Shown: positions 48,620 to 61,458, numbered from the stretch's first letter. The stretch: 64,000 nucleotides of DNA from Chiloscyllium plagiosum (GCF_004010195.1 NC_057753.1:9634622-9698621), one strand, 5' to 3'. Translations and numbers: made by a program. Notes: generated by a model from the letters alone, not told the origin.

Positions 48620-49630
48620 AAATACTAATTTTACACAGAGGGTGGTTCATGTGTGGAATGAACTGCCTGAGGAAGTGGAGGATGCGAGTACAATTAAAAG
48701 ACATTTGGATAAGTACATTAATAGGAAAGGTTTGCAGGGATACAAGCCAGGAGCAGGCAGGAGAGACTGGTCTAATTTGGGATAATGATTGGTACGGACT
48801 GGACTGAAGGTCTGTTTCCATGCTGTATGACGCATTGGCAGATCCATAGTTCCTTGAAAGTTGAGTCGCAGGTAGACAGGGTAGTGAAGATGTTTGATAC
48901 ACTTCACAGGACATTAGTTAGGCCATTTGTGCAATTCTTCTACCAGTGATCCCACCCTCACACACCATACAACATAGACGGTGACTAAAATTGATGGGAC
49001 ACAATTAAATCATAAAATATTTGAAATGCAGAAAGAGGCCATTTGGCCCATTGAATGCATTGAGTATAGGGGTTGGGAGGTCATGTTGCAACTGTACAGG
49101 ACCTTGACAAGGTTACTTTTGGAATATTGCATTCGATTCTGGTGTCCCTGCTATAGCATAGGAAGGATGTTATGAAACTTGAGAGGGTGCAGAAAAGATT
49201 GACAAGGATGTTGCCGGGGTTAGAGGTATAAGTAGAGGCTGAATAGAATGGAATGGGGCTGATTTCTCTGGAGCGTTGGAGGCTGACGGATGACCTTATG
49301 AAGGTTTATAAACTCACAAGGGGCATGGATAGGATAAATAAGCAAGGTGTTTTCTCCAGGATGGGGATGTTCACACCCCTAACCTATGCTCCCTGGTTGA
49401 TTTAAAAGGGATCTAAAGGGCAACCTTTTCACACAGAAGGTGAGCTGCCAGAGGAAGCGACCAATAAAATACATTTAAAAAGGCACCTGGATGGGTATGC
49501 GAATATGAAGAGAGATGGGCATGCGAATATGAAGAGAGATGGGCTAAATGATGGCAAATGGAAGTAGACTTCCCAAAAGATATCTTGCCAGCATGGAATG
49601 TGTTGGATTGAAAACTCTATTTCCATCCTG
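48620..49630 (+). mobile_element. CR1 LINE fragments
   Basis: LYRTLTRLLLEYCIRFW and 3' UTRs. Confidence 0.78.
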
Positions 49631-49684
49631 TCTATCTCTTTGTCTACTTGATAACATATGCTTTATTTCCGTTGATGTAAATAC

Positions 49685-51415
49685 AGTCATAGAGATGTAC
49701 AGCATGTAAACAGACCCTTCGGACCAACCCGTCCATGCCGACCAGATATCCCAACCCAATCTAGTCCCACCTGCCAACACGCAGCCCATATCCCTCCAAA
49801 CCCTTCCAATTCACACACCCATCCAAATGCCCCTTAAATGTTGCAATTGTACCAGCCTCCACCACTTCCTCTGGCAGCTCATTCCATACACGTACCACTC
49901 GGTGTGTGAAAAAGTTGCCCCTTAGGTCTCTTTTATATCTTTCCCCTCTCACCCTAAACCTATGGCCTCTAGTTCTGGACTCCCCAACCCCAGGGAAAAG
50001 ACTTTGTCTATTTATCCTATCCATGCCCCTCATAATTTTGTAAACCTCTATAAGGTCACCCCTCAGCCTCTGACCCCAGGGAAAACAGCCCAAGCCTGTT
50101 CAGCCTCTCCCTATAGCTCAAATCCTCCAACCCTGGCAACATCCTTGTAAGTCTTTTCTGAAGCCTGTCAAGTTTCACAACATCTTTCTGATAGGAACGA
50201 GACCAGAATTGCATGCAATATTCCAACAGTGGCCTCACCGATGTCCTGTACAGCCGCAACATGACCTCCCAACACCCATACTCAATACTCTCACCAATAA
50301 AAGAAAGCATACCAAACGCCTTCTTCACTATCCTATCTACCTGCGACTCCACTTTCAAGGAGCTATGAACCTGCATGTTGGCAGCCGCTCTACGAGAACT
50401 GACGGCTCCCAGTTCCGGTAACATGTAGAGTGAGTATAAGCCAGACCCGTTGTAAGTATGAGACCTGGTTGTGGCGGCGCTGCGGGGAATAAAATGCTCA
50501 TATTCTAGCAGACTCGCCTCTTGGTCGTTTGTTCTGTGTCAGACTACTCTCCTACGAACCTGACCTTGAGAATTTTTTAAAACAGTGTATAAGTCCTACT
50601 AAGATTTGCTTTCCCAAAATGCAGCACCTCGCATTTATCGGAATTAAACTCCATCTGCCACTTCTCAGCCTATTGGCCGATCTGGTCAAGATCCTGTTGT
50701 AATCTGAGGTAACCTTCTTCACTGTCCACTACACCTCCAACTTTGGTGTCATCTGCAAACTTACTAACTGTACCTCTTATGCGCGCATCCAAATAATTTA
50801 TGTAAATGACAAAAAGTAGAGGACCCAGCACCAATCCTTGTGACACTCCACTGGTCAAAGGCCTCTAGTCTGAAAAACAACCCTCCACCACCACCCTCTC
50901 TTATACCTTTGAGCCAGGTCTGTATCCAAATGGCTAGTTCTCCCTGTATTCCATGGGATCTAACCTTGCTAATAGTCTCCAACCTTATCAAACACCTTAC
51001 TGAAGTCCATATAGATCACATCTACTGCTCTGCCTGCAACAATCCTTTTTGTTACTTCTTCAAAAAACTCAATCAAGTTTGTGAGACATGATTTCCCATG
51101 CACAAAGCCATGTTGACTATCCCTAATCAGTCCTTGCCTTTCCAAATACATGTACATCCTGTCCCTCATGATTCCCTCCAACAACTTGCCCACCACCGAC
51201 GTCAGGCTCACTGGTCTATAGTTCCCTGGTTTGTCCTTACAACCCTTCTTAAACACGTTTGCCAACTTCTAGTCTTCCGGCACCTCACCTGTGACTATCG
51301 ATGATACAAATACCTCAGCAAGAGGCGCAGCAATCACTTCTCTAGCTTCCCACAGAGTTCTCGGGTACACCTGATCAGGTCCTGGGGATTTATCCATCTT
51401 TACCCATTTCAAGCT
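49685..51415 (-). mobile_element. CR1 LINE ORF2 (RT) with 3' end
   Basis: PGNYRPVSLTSVVGK, YMDFSKVFD, GVSQGLVLGP, KFADDTK. Confidence 0.92.
50376..50556 (+). mobile_element. Short solo LTR-like insert in the LINE
   Basis: Starts tgttgg, contains tataag and aataaa, and is CpG-rich relative to its flanks. gaacctg occurs near both ends. Confidence 0.45.
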
Positions 51416-51978
51416 GGGCACTAATAGTTAGATGTAAGAGAGAGAGAATTCCTCAAGTCGGGCAATATAATAATCCTGGGAGACTCCTATTTCTGGTTTA
51501 CTTCCTAATGAACAGACATCAAGCACAAGCATTATTTATTTCTAATTTTATTTCATTCTTCTTGTTTTATTCCCTGCTACGATGACACTGTGTCTGGATG
51601 GTTGACAGGCTGGGAGATTGTGGGTTAGGCCTTGACTGAATGTTTTATTGCCTCGGAAGGTGTAAAAAGGGGGTCAAAGTTTAGCAGAAATCCAGTAGAG
51701 CCGAGAACAGGCCGACATCTTACTCTGTGGGAAAAGGGAGATTAGAGGACAGAGAAATCAGGACCTGAAATCCGAGCTGACACTAGACTATCGTGTGATC
51801 AATGCTTTGATGAGCAGTACCAACCCTCTGCCTTTACCGGAGCTTCCCATTTGACTACCCCCTCGATATTCAGGAGCCAATTCTAGTCATCCTGAAGCCA
51901 TGTCTCTGTAAGGAGTCTCAGATCATAATTATTCTCTTCAATGTGTGCAGTCAATTCATTCACTTTGCAGCACATTGA

Positions 51979-52290
51979 GTGCCATACTCACAGATGTTGG
52001 ACAGAGGAAAGATATTGCAATCTGGACTGAAGCTCAATCTTCATTCAGAGAGAGAGAGGAGCAGCAGCTGCAGACGCTCGTCGCCCAACTTCCGCATTCG
52101 GACAAAGGGTAATTCTGATTGGCAGCACTACCAGCTTCTTCCGGTCCGTCCAGGGCTCCCCATTGGTTCATGAGAAGGTCGCAGTCGTATCAGCGGACAG
52201 CTAAGAGCATGCGCAGGTTGTTTTGCTGACAACGGCGCACATGCGCTGTGTTTACTGACACCGAGAAGCATGCGCAGTATGCTCTGTGGA
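51979..52290 (-). promoter_or_regulatory. ZNF promoter and exon 1 module, copy 5
   Basis: Intact donor actcac at 51986-51991, acttccgc, cttccggt, gattgg/cattgg and three catgcgc motifs. Confidence 0.7.
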
Positions 52291-52296
52291 GGCACT

Positions 52297-52570
52297 CGTG
52301 TAACTTTAGATTACATTACAGTGTGGAAACAGGCCCGTCGGCCCAACAAGTCCACACCGACCTGCCGAAGCGCAACCCACCCATACCCCTACATTTACCC
52401 CTTACCTAACACTACGGGCAATTTAGCATGGCCAATTCACCTGACCTGCACATCTTTGGACCGTGGGAGGAAACCAGAGCACCCGGAGGAAACCCACGCA
52501 GACACGGGGAGAACGTGCAAACTCCACACAGTCGCCTGAGGCGGGAATTGAACCCGGGTCTCCGGCGCTA
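52297..52570 (-). mobile_element. HE1-like SINE, 5'-truncated
   Basis: Nearly identical to 7610-7890. Confidence 0.88.
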
Positions 52571-54569
52571 GCAGGAGGGGAAAAAAAAAGGCTGGAATCA
52601 GACTTTTATTTTTTTCAATTTGTATTTTGTCTTTTCTCCAGGGTAGAGGTAGTCCAAAACTAGAGGGTGGGGGAAGACTTAAAAGGAACCTAAGTGGTAA
52701 CTTTTGCATGTCGAGGGTGGGTGCGTGTTTGGAATAACCGGTCAGAGGAAGTGGTGGAGGCTGGTACAATGACAACATTTATAAGGCATCTGGATGGTAC
52801 ATGAATAGAAACGGCCGAGAGAGATATGGATCAAACGCTGCCAAATAGATCACTCGGTTAATTTAGGATATCTGGTCGACACGGACCGAAGGGTTTGTTT
52901 CAGTGCCCTACAACTCTATTTCTCCATTGTCGGAGTCAATTTCACAAGACTACAAATAGGCAATTCACCCATTAAAGCCTGTCCTCAAATGTGGCCTAAC
53001 CATGCATATTTGAATGCAGATTTTTTTAAAAATTGAACATGATTTCAGACTTTAATGATGTTTCTGAATATGTCATTTGAGGTATTCTCAATTTCTTGAG
53101 TACCCCCATGTCTCAGGGAGAGTCATCACCATTCTCTCTCTCTCTCTCTGAAGGACTTGATACAGCTGCAACCTCCCTTTCCAGCTTCTCCAGTCCTGAG
53201 CACATCGGTTCCCAAGTCTTCGCATCAGATACACACTGATGCCATCTGGCCTCCTGCTGCCAACTGCACAGAATGGAGACAGTAATGGTAACTGCTTAAT
53301 CATTTCTAGTGGCTGAGCAGAGACTGATAGCCAAGTTCGGTCCCCATGAGAATGGCCTCAACCAGGATTTTGAGTTCATGTCACACTACAGGTGACCCCA
53401 CTAGACTATACACTCACACTAAGCACACATACTCTCTTACATTCTCACAATCACGCAGACTCTCTCCGACACATGCACAGATGTACCTACCCCACACTCC
53501 CCCATGCAAACTCCCTCTTTATATTTATATTATATCTTATATTTCATCACACACACACACACACAACCAAGCATGCACATTCTCTCTCTGCTGAACGCTA
53601 ACATACATAAGTGTGTGGGATGAAGTAGCATTTACCGAATAACTTTTGCAGACATTTTATTTTGTTCAAAAAGTGCACAATCTGCAGCAGTTAATGCAGG
53701 CAGTCAGTCAGTCAATGTAATATTTTACAAATTCATACTTTGGAAATAAAACCAGTCTGACTCAAGGTTGGGATACACACAATGCATTGTCTGAGCTGTA
53801 ATAACCTTTTTGAAAATATATAAAACCTTAGGTTACATCAAGAATGTGACTTAAAAGAAGTTCTGGGTTTTACATATTAATGAACCAAAACCTGCAACCC
53901 AATCTAAAAATTGAAAGACCTAACAGCAATCAAGGTTTGTTCAATAGATACTTTCAGCTGCATGAAACTATGGTCTTGTGACATAAATTCTATGTCTTAT
54001 GATCCTGGTCCACAGCTACCCAAGGAAGGAGCAGCGCTCCGAAAGCTCATGCTTCCGAATAAACCTACAGAACGATAACCTAGTGTTATGTGATTTTTTA
54101 GCTTTGTCCACTTCACTCCAACACCAGCTTCTCCACATCATTTCTAGGGAATACAGCTCACACGTGCCAGTGGTGCCAGTAAACTTTACAATGCGGATAA
54201 AACGATGCAGTTAAAACATAACACTGATACCTATAAGCTAAACTAACTAGGTTTTAATAACCCAGGAGTAGGATATCAGCTCTTCAAGAGCCCTCTCAGG
54301 CTACTCTGCTGTACTGTCACAAAGTGGCTTCCTTTATACAAAAAGTTTACAAAAACACCATGTTCTTAGATAGATAACAGTGAAAGACAATCATTCATAA
54401 GGAAGAGAAATTAATTGACAGGTCTGTGCGCGCTTGATTGATCACTCCTACAGGCCCTGAGCCATTCATTAGGTGGGAAAAACAAATCCAGCCGAGTAAG
54501 GAGTCTGCTTGGTGAGATAAGTTCCTATCATAAAGAGGTACCAGACTGAGCTAATTGAAGAGTTCATAA

Positions 54570-56950
54570 GGTAACTGGGTCTGTAGATCATGAAGGAACA
54601 AAAATGGCCTTTGCAGTGATATATACTTCTTGTCAGATGTGAGAGTTTAAAGAGAGTTTAAGGGTTACTGCGGATTATATCTGCCATAAATGCTGCTGGA
54701 TGTGAATCTTATCAAATCGAATGGATCGGTTGGAGAGACAGTTAGAAGCGATGAGGAATTTGCAACAGCAACAGTATGTGATGGATGGCAGTTATAGGAA
54801 GGGGGGAAAGTCTCAGATACAGTCACATAGATGGGTTAACTCCAGGAAGAGTAAGAAAGGTAGGCCCTTTAGGGCAGGAGTCTTTTGTGGATATACCCAT
54901 TTCAAACAGGTATGCTGTTTTGGAAAATGTAGGGGGTGATGGATTCTCAGGGGAACGTAGCACGAACAGCCAAGTTTCTGGTATTGAGACTGGCTCTAAT
55001 GCATCGAGGGGTACGCTGCAGCTTCTAAGAGATCAATTGTGTTAGGGGATTCCAAACATTGACTGGGACTGCCATAGTGTTAAAGGTTTAGATGGGAGAG
55101 GAATTTCTTAAGTGCGTACAAGACAATTTTCTGATTCAGTATGTGAATGTACCTACTAGAGAAGGTGCAAAACCTGACCTACTCTTGGGAAATAAGGCAG
55201 GGCAGGTGACTGAGGGATCAGTGGGGGGAGTACTTTGGGGCCAGTGACTATAATTCTATTCGTTTTAAAATAGTGATGGAAAAGGATAGNNNNNNNNNNN
55301 NNNNNNNNNNNNNNNNNNNNNNNNNNNNNNNNNNNNNNNNNNNNNNNNNNNNNNNNNNNNNNNNNNNNNNNNNNNNNNNNNNNNNNNNNNNNNNNNNNNN
55401 NNNNNNNNAAGGCTGGTAGGTATAGGGAATGCTGGATGACTAAAGAAATTGAGGGTTTGGTTAAAAAAAAGAAGGAAGCATATGTCAGGTATAGACAGGA
55501 TAGATCGAGTGAATCCTTAGAAGAGTATAAAGGAAGTAGGAGTGTACTTAAGAGGGAAATCAGCAGGGCAAAACGGGGACATGAGGTAGCTTTGGAAAAC
55601 ATATTTGGATTATCCTTAATTCTGTTAAGGACAAAGAAAACATATTTGGATTATCCTTAATTCTGTTAAGGACAAAATGGTAACTAGGGAGAGAATAGGG
55701 CCCCTCAAAGATCAGCAAGGCGACCTTAGTGTGGAGCCACAGAAAATGGAGGAGATACTAAATGAATATTTTTCATCAGCATTTACTGTGGAAAAGAATA
55801 TGGAAGATTTAGACGTAGGGAAATAGATGGTGACATCTTGCAAAATGTCCAGATTACAGAGGAGGAAGTGCTGGATGTCTTGAAACGGTTAAAGGTGGAT
55901 AAATCCCCAGGACCTGATCAGGTGTATCCAAGGACTCTGTGGGAAGCTAGAGAAGTGATTGCTACACCTCTTGCTGAGGTATTTTTATCATTGATAGTCA
56001 CAGGTGAGGTGGCGGAAGACTAGAGGTTGGCAAACGTGGTACCACTGTTTAAGAATAGCAGTAAAGACAAGCCTGGGAACTATAAACCGGTGAGCCTGAC
56101 CTCGGTGGTGGGCAAGTTTTAGATTAGATTAGATTAGATTACTTTACAGTGTGGAAACAGGCCCTTCGGCCCAACAAGTCTACACCGCTCCACCGAAGTG
56201 CAAACCCAACCATACCCCTATTCCTAACACTACGGGCAATTTAGCAAGGCCAATTCACCTGACCTGCACATCTTTGGACTGTGGGAATCTATATGGACTT
56301 CAGTAAGGCGTTCGACAAGGTTTCCCATGGGAGAGTGATTAGATCTCATGGAATACAGGGAGAACTAGCCATTTGGATACAGAACTGGCTCAAAGGTAGA
56401 AAACAGAGGGTAGTAGTGGAGGGTTGTTTTTCAGACTGGAGGTCTGTGATCAGTGGAGTACCACAAGGATCGGTGCTGGGTCCTCTATTTTTTATCATTT
56501 ACCTAAATGATTTTGGATGTAAGCATAAGAGGAACAGTTAGTAAGTTTGCAGATGACACCAAAATTGGAGGTGTAGTGAACAGCGAAGAGAGTTACCTCA
56601 GATTACAAGAGGATCTGGACCAGATGGGCCAATGGGCTGAGAAGTGGCAGATGGAGTTTAATTCCGATAAATGAGAGGTACTGCATTTTGGGAAAGTAAG
56701 GAGGACTTATGCACTTAATGGTAAGGTCCTCGGGTGTGTTGCTGAACAAAGAGACCTTGGAGTGCAGGTTCATAGCTCGTTGAAAGTGGAGTCACAGGTA
56801 GATAGGATAGTGAAGAAGGCGTTTGGTATATTTTCCTTTATTGGTCAGAGTATTGACTATAGGAGTTGGGAGGTCATGTTGCGGCTGTATAAGACATTGG
56901 TGAGGCCACTGTTGGAATATTTTGTGCAGTTCTGGTCTCCTTCCTATTGA
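54570..56950 (+). mobile_element. CR1 LINE with ORF1 remnant and ORF2
   Basis: ORF1-like Cys motifs (SCQM...YICHKC) and IPISNRYAVL. ORF2 motifs KSPGPD, YMDFSKAFD, GVPQGSVLGP. A SINE is inserted at 56119-56286. Confidence 0.88.
55290..55408. other. Assembly gap
   Basis: Run of N. Confidence 1.
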
Positions 56951-57484
56951 AAGCTCGGAGCAGACTCCTGCTTTTTATCTGAATCATTCTGTACCGGAGG
57001 CTGAGATGTTACTTTAAGGTTGCATTTAAATTGAATCAATGGACTTGAATTAAACATGCTTTCTTTTCAGGGTTGTGATTCAAATTCAAATAAGATTTAC
57101 AATCTGATTAATTAACATTAACAGTGGGGCAGTCTGTAAGGTCTGCAAGAACAGCAAGTTAGTTAAAGCTCATCAGTATTACCTTTTACAGAGTTTACAG
57201 AGTTTGCATTTCATAACCAGTAATGGCTACTCAATCATCATAAAGTCTCAAAAACTCAATTAAGTTCAATCCATAGCAAGTAAGCGTAAAAAGTTAATTT
57301 TCTATTGGATTCGGCAGTCCCAGTACTAAAAGGCTATCTGTCTCTCTCTCTCTCTTGTCCTTTTGTACTCTCAAGTTAGGGACTTGTAACAGAAACGATG
57401 TTTTTCCCTCTGTGTCTGCCTAGCTTGCAAGGGGTAATAAGAATAATAATTGATAGGCCCTGACTATCACTTACAAGGTTTCGT

Positions 57485-57894
57485 TTCAAGGTCAGAATCA
57501 AACACTGTCATTAATTTCACAAGGCCACAGCCGTGAATATCATCATTCGGTGTCTTGTTTACACAGATTCACTGATATTAAAGCAAATGTTCTTAACTGC
57601 CTTAGAGCATCCTCTTATCACTTGGCAAGAACAGATGTTTTTATCTTCTGCATAACTTGGGTTCCCCCCCCCACCAAGTCTCCCTGCCTGTTGGCTTCTT
57701 TTCTAGTGTGCAGCAAATGTGTTCTATAATTCAGTATTACATTTTAGTCTAAATGCTTAAGGACAAGTTTTAAGGCTATACTTTCTCAGAACATTTGCCT
57801 TAACATCAGTGAATCGGTGTAAGCAGGACACCGAGTGATAACATTCACGGCTGTTCCCTTGTGAAATTAATAACTGTTTGATTCTGACCTTGAA
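57485..57894. repeat. Long imperfect inverted repeat (arms 57485-57593 and 57788-57894)
   Basis: ttcaaggtcagaatcaaaca...gcaaatgttct is the reverse complement of agaacatttgc...tgtttgattctgaccttgaa, with scattered mismatches. Confidence 0.92.
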
Positions 57895-58311
57895 GTAATA
57901 CCTCGGTATCAATTAACTTCTCTCCCAAATTATTGTCCTTCACTGTTATCTGTCTGATTAAGAACATCCTTTTATATAAAGGAAGCCAGTTTGTGATAGT
58001 ACAAGAGTAGTCTGAATGGGCTCTTGAAAGAGCTGACATCCTACTCTGCTGGGTTATTAGAATCCAGCTAGCGTAGCTTATAGGTATTAGTGTTGTGTTG
58101 TAACAGTGATGCTATGAGTAAATAAAGGGGATGACTAAAATTAAATTAAACTGTCTTAAAGATTTTTTATTCCAGACTACTAAAAGTACAATCTCCAATG
58201 CGAAACCAAGAGAGCCTTACAGGTCGAGTCCACAAGGGATTCCCTGGGCCATCTCAAATCTGTACTTTAACAGAGGTCAGAGGTTCACCAGAAAAGTATT
58301 AAGCGACATAG

Positions 58312-59437
58312 GTAAGAATACACATGATTAATAACTGTATTTTGGGTTGCATAAATCTTAGCCTGCCAGAGTTATTTTCTTAAAAGATTTTAACTAATTT
58401 GAGTGACTGCATGAAACGGTTTGTTGGTCAGACTTGAATCATCTCCCTCCAATTAGACAATTACATTAATATCAGTGAACTGCGTTTTTGTTAAAAAGGA
58501 CAAGTTCTTGATTTATTTTCACAACTCACTGGTATTCACAACTGCACGTTCAATGTCAAACTCAGACATCAGAAATGACATTACACCATTAATTTTGTTT
58601 TACAATAATCCAATATACAAATTAATAGTACACAGTGAATACCAAGTCTGATTAATACGAAATTAAATTTGACCATAAAATAATGCAAAATCAGGATGGG
58701 AGATAACAAATGGGGGAAGGGCAGAAGGCAAGAAATGCAGCATCATAGAAGGTGCTCCTCCAGGGAGTGTAATATACAAATTAATAGTACACAGTGAATA
58801 CCAAGTCTGATTAATATGAAATCAAACTTGACCAAAAAAAATATAAAATCAAGATGGGAGATTACAAATGGGGGAAGGGCAGAAGGCAAGAAATGCAGCA
58901 TCATAGAAGGTGCTCCTCCAGGGAGTGTATTTTACCAACTACAACTGCTCAATATAAACAAACACTCTGACATGATCCTCCGGTTTTAATGTAAACCATA
59001 GCCCCATACAGTAGGTACCATTTAAATAAGTTAATAGATACAAGCCTTGAGCAAATCCAGCCTCCAGCCGGACCCCCCGCTTCTTGGAGCTCGGACCTTC
59101 CTCCAGCTCCGGGCGGTTGTTGAGCTCCTGGGCTCCGGCCGCTGCCGAAGAAGCCGCGGGCGCTGGCTCTCTCTCCTCCACCGCCGACATTTTTAATTTG
59201 TTTTCTCGTTCACCCGGTAACCGTCACCTCCCCCTTCCCAGGCCCCAGAAATTATACAAAAATAAACAATAAACCCCAACGGGGACTATTTCCTTTTCTT
59301 CACAACTTTTGTTTAAAAAGTTCGGGCTTTAATTTGAAATGTCTTTTAAAGGTATTTTCTGAGGTAAACGATGCCTGTCTGCCCCTCTCCCTCCGTCAGA
59401 AACCGCCCGCTGAGTCGATGAGAAAACCGCAGCCTCT
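58312..59437 (-). repeat. Inverted paralog of 36131-36868
   Basis: Long near-identical runs in reverse complement, with an internal ~158-bp tandem duplication at 58612-58929. Confidence 0.9.
59040..59190 (-). CDS. Candidate first coding exon of an unidentified gene (possibly an orphan duplicate)
   Basis: ATG with A at -3, then GC/CpG-rich codons MSAVEEREPAPAASSAAAGAQELNNRPELEEGPSSKKRGVRLEAG, with an abrupt switch to AT-rich sequence. The donor site is not clear. Confidence 0.5.
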
Positions 59438-59882
59438 ACACATTTTCAGCTCTGATCTCCAGCATCTGCAGTCCTCACTTTCTCCTAGAAGATTTTAACC
59501 TACTGCGAATCCTCTTGCAAGGATGCCTTCCTTGAAGAAGCTCTCTTCCTCCCTCTACAAAGATTTCAGTGAGTCCCTCTCTCACTGCACACCCCAGGTC
59601 ATCTCCTCTGCTCAGAAGCTACCTCTCTTCCCCCACCCCCACTCCAGCCTATCACCCTCACCTTAACCTCCTTCCACCTATCGCATTTCCAACGCCCCTC
59701 CCCCAATCCCTCCTCCCTACCTTTTATTTTAGCTTGCTTGGCACATTTTCCTCATTCCTGAAGAAGGGCTCATGCCTGAAACGTCGATTCTTCTGCTCCT
59801 TGGATGTTGCCTGACCTGCTGCGCTTTTCCAGCAACACATTTTCTGCTCTGATCTCCAGCATCTGCAGTCCTCACTTTCTCC
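59438..59882 (+). mobile_element. Penelope-like family 1 fragment with tandem terminal repeats
   Basis: The family 3' end occurs twice (59438-59485 and 59755-59882). Hammerhead core at 59758. Confidence 0.8.
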
Positions 59883-59989
59883 ACCTGACCAATGGTTGTT
59901 ACTGACAGAGTTTGTGTCCAATTGCCAATTTGGGATATAAAAGGCGGGAGCCACATTTTTTTTCCCTGTGACTGCACATCTCATTCCTT

Positions 59990-60610
59990 TTGCCTGTCTC
60001 TTCCCCAGGGTAGGGGGAAATCTCAAACTAGAGGGTTTAGGGTAGGAGAGGAAAATTTAAAACGGTCCTAAGGATTACAAAAAAAAAATGTGTGAACATT
60101 AATTCGCCTCAAGAAAAGCCCCCTCTTACAACCTGAACAAAATAGATTGTTCACAGCCTATTACTCACTAAACAGGAAGGATGTTGTGAAACTTAAAAGG
60201 GTTCAGAAATTATTTATAAGAACGTTGCTAGGGTTGGAAGGGTTGAACTACAGGGGGAGAGTTTGAGCTACAGGAAGAGGCTGAATTGGCTGGGGCTGTT
60301 TTCCCTGGAGCTTTGGAGAATGACAGGCATGGGTAGGTCAAACAGATAAAGGTCTTATCCCTGTGGCGGGGGAGTCTAGTACAAGAGGGCATTATTTTCG
60401 GATGAGTGGGGAAAGATTTAAAAGGGACCTAAGGGGCAACCTTTTCACGTATAGATTGGTGTGTGTACTGAATGAGCTGCCAGAGGCGGCTGGTATAATT
60501 ACAGCATTTAAAAGGCATCTGGATAGGTATATGAATAGGAAGGTTTTAGAGGGATATAATGAGCAAAGTGCTGACAAATACGACTAGATTAATACCGAAG
60601 GGTGTTTTTG
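59990..60610 (+). mobile_element. CR1 LINE 3' fragments
   Basis: GESSTRGHYFR...FKRHLDRYM. Confidence 0.78.
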
Positions 60611-60871
60611 AGCTCAACAACTCAATGGTTCTATTTCTACAAGTCAAAACCAATTTCACAAGACTAGGAATTCACCCTGAACAGCCTGTCCTCAACTGTA
60701 GCCTAACTGAGCATATTTCAATTCAAGTTTCAGAAAGATGTCCACAACTTTTCTTTTACAAAATTGATGTGTTTTCAAACTTTCATGATATTTCTGAATA
60801 TTATTATTTCAGCTATTCTTAACTTTAAAGATTAGCCATTTCTTGTGCACCCCTATCTACCAAGTAGAGTT

Positions 60872-61340
60872 ATTAGATTAGATTCCCTACAGCATGGAAA
60901 CAGGCCCTTAGGCCTAACAAGTCCACACTGACCCTCCGAAGAGTAATCCACCCAGACCCATTTCCCTCTGACTAATGCACCGAACACTATGGGCAATTTA
61001 GCATGGCCAATTCACCTGGCCTGTACATCTTTGGACTGTGGGAGGGAACCAGAGCACCTGGACGAAACACACACAGAAATCCCCCAAAGAGCACCCACAC
61101 AGACCCACCCCATATCCCTGCATTCCCCATGGCTAATCCACCCAACCTGTACATTTTGGCCAGTTTAGCATAGCCAACCCACCTAATCCCAATATTGCTG
61201 AATTGTGGGAGGAAATAGGAGCACCTGGAGGAAACCACACAGACACAGGGAGAACGTGCAACTCCATATAGCGTCACCAGAGGTTGGAATCAAACCCAGG
61301 TCCCCAGAGCTGAGAGGCAGCAGTGCTAACCACTGGGTCA
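60872..61340 (-). mobile_element. HE1-like SINE(s), composite
   Basis: tagat tail, two cores and one tRNA-like head. Confidence 0.8.
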
Positions 61341-61458
61341 TCATGGAGTTCTTTGAATCCAGCAATTTGTGTGAAAGCTACTCAAACACTGACCATGAAT
61401 CATTACTAGACTGTCATTAAAAACTCAACTAGTTGACAAATGTCCTTCAGGGAAAGGA

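Larger units (their letters stand above)
51979..54210 (+). repeat. Segmental duplication paralogous to ~5190-8960
   Basis: Shared order: promoter, LINE end, ggcaa(t/c)tcaccc, ccatctggcctcctgctg, Penelope family 2 fragment, gccagtaaactttacaat. Confidence 0.8.

Noticed and set aside
58131..58331. Integrase-like GIPWAISNLYFNRGQRFT
   Set aside because: It lacks the catalytic Asp and other integrase motifs; the resemblance is too weak without a search.
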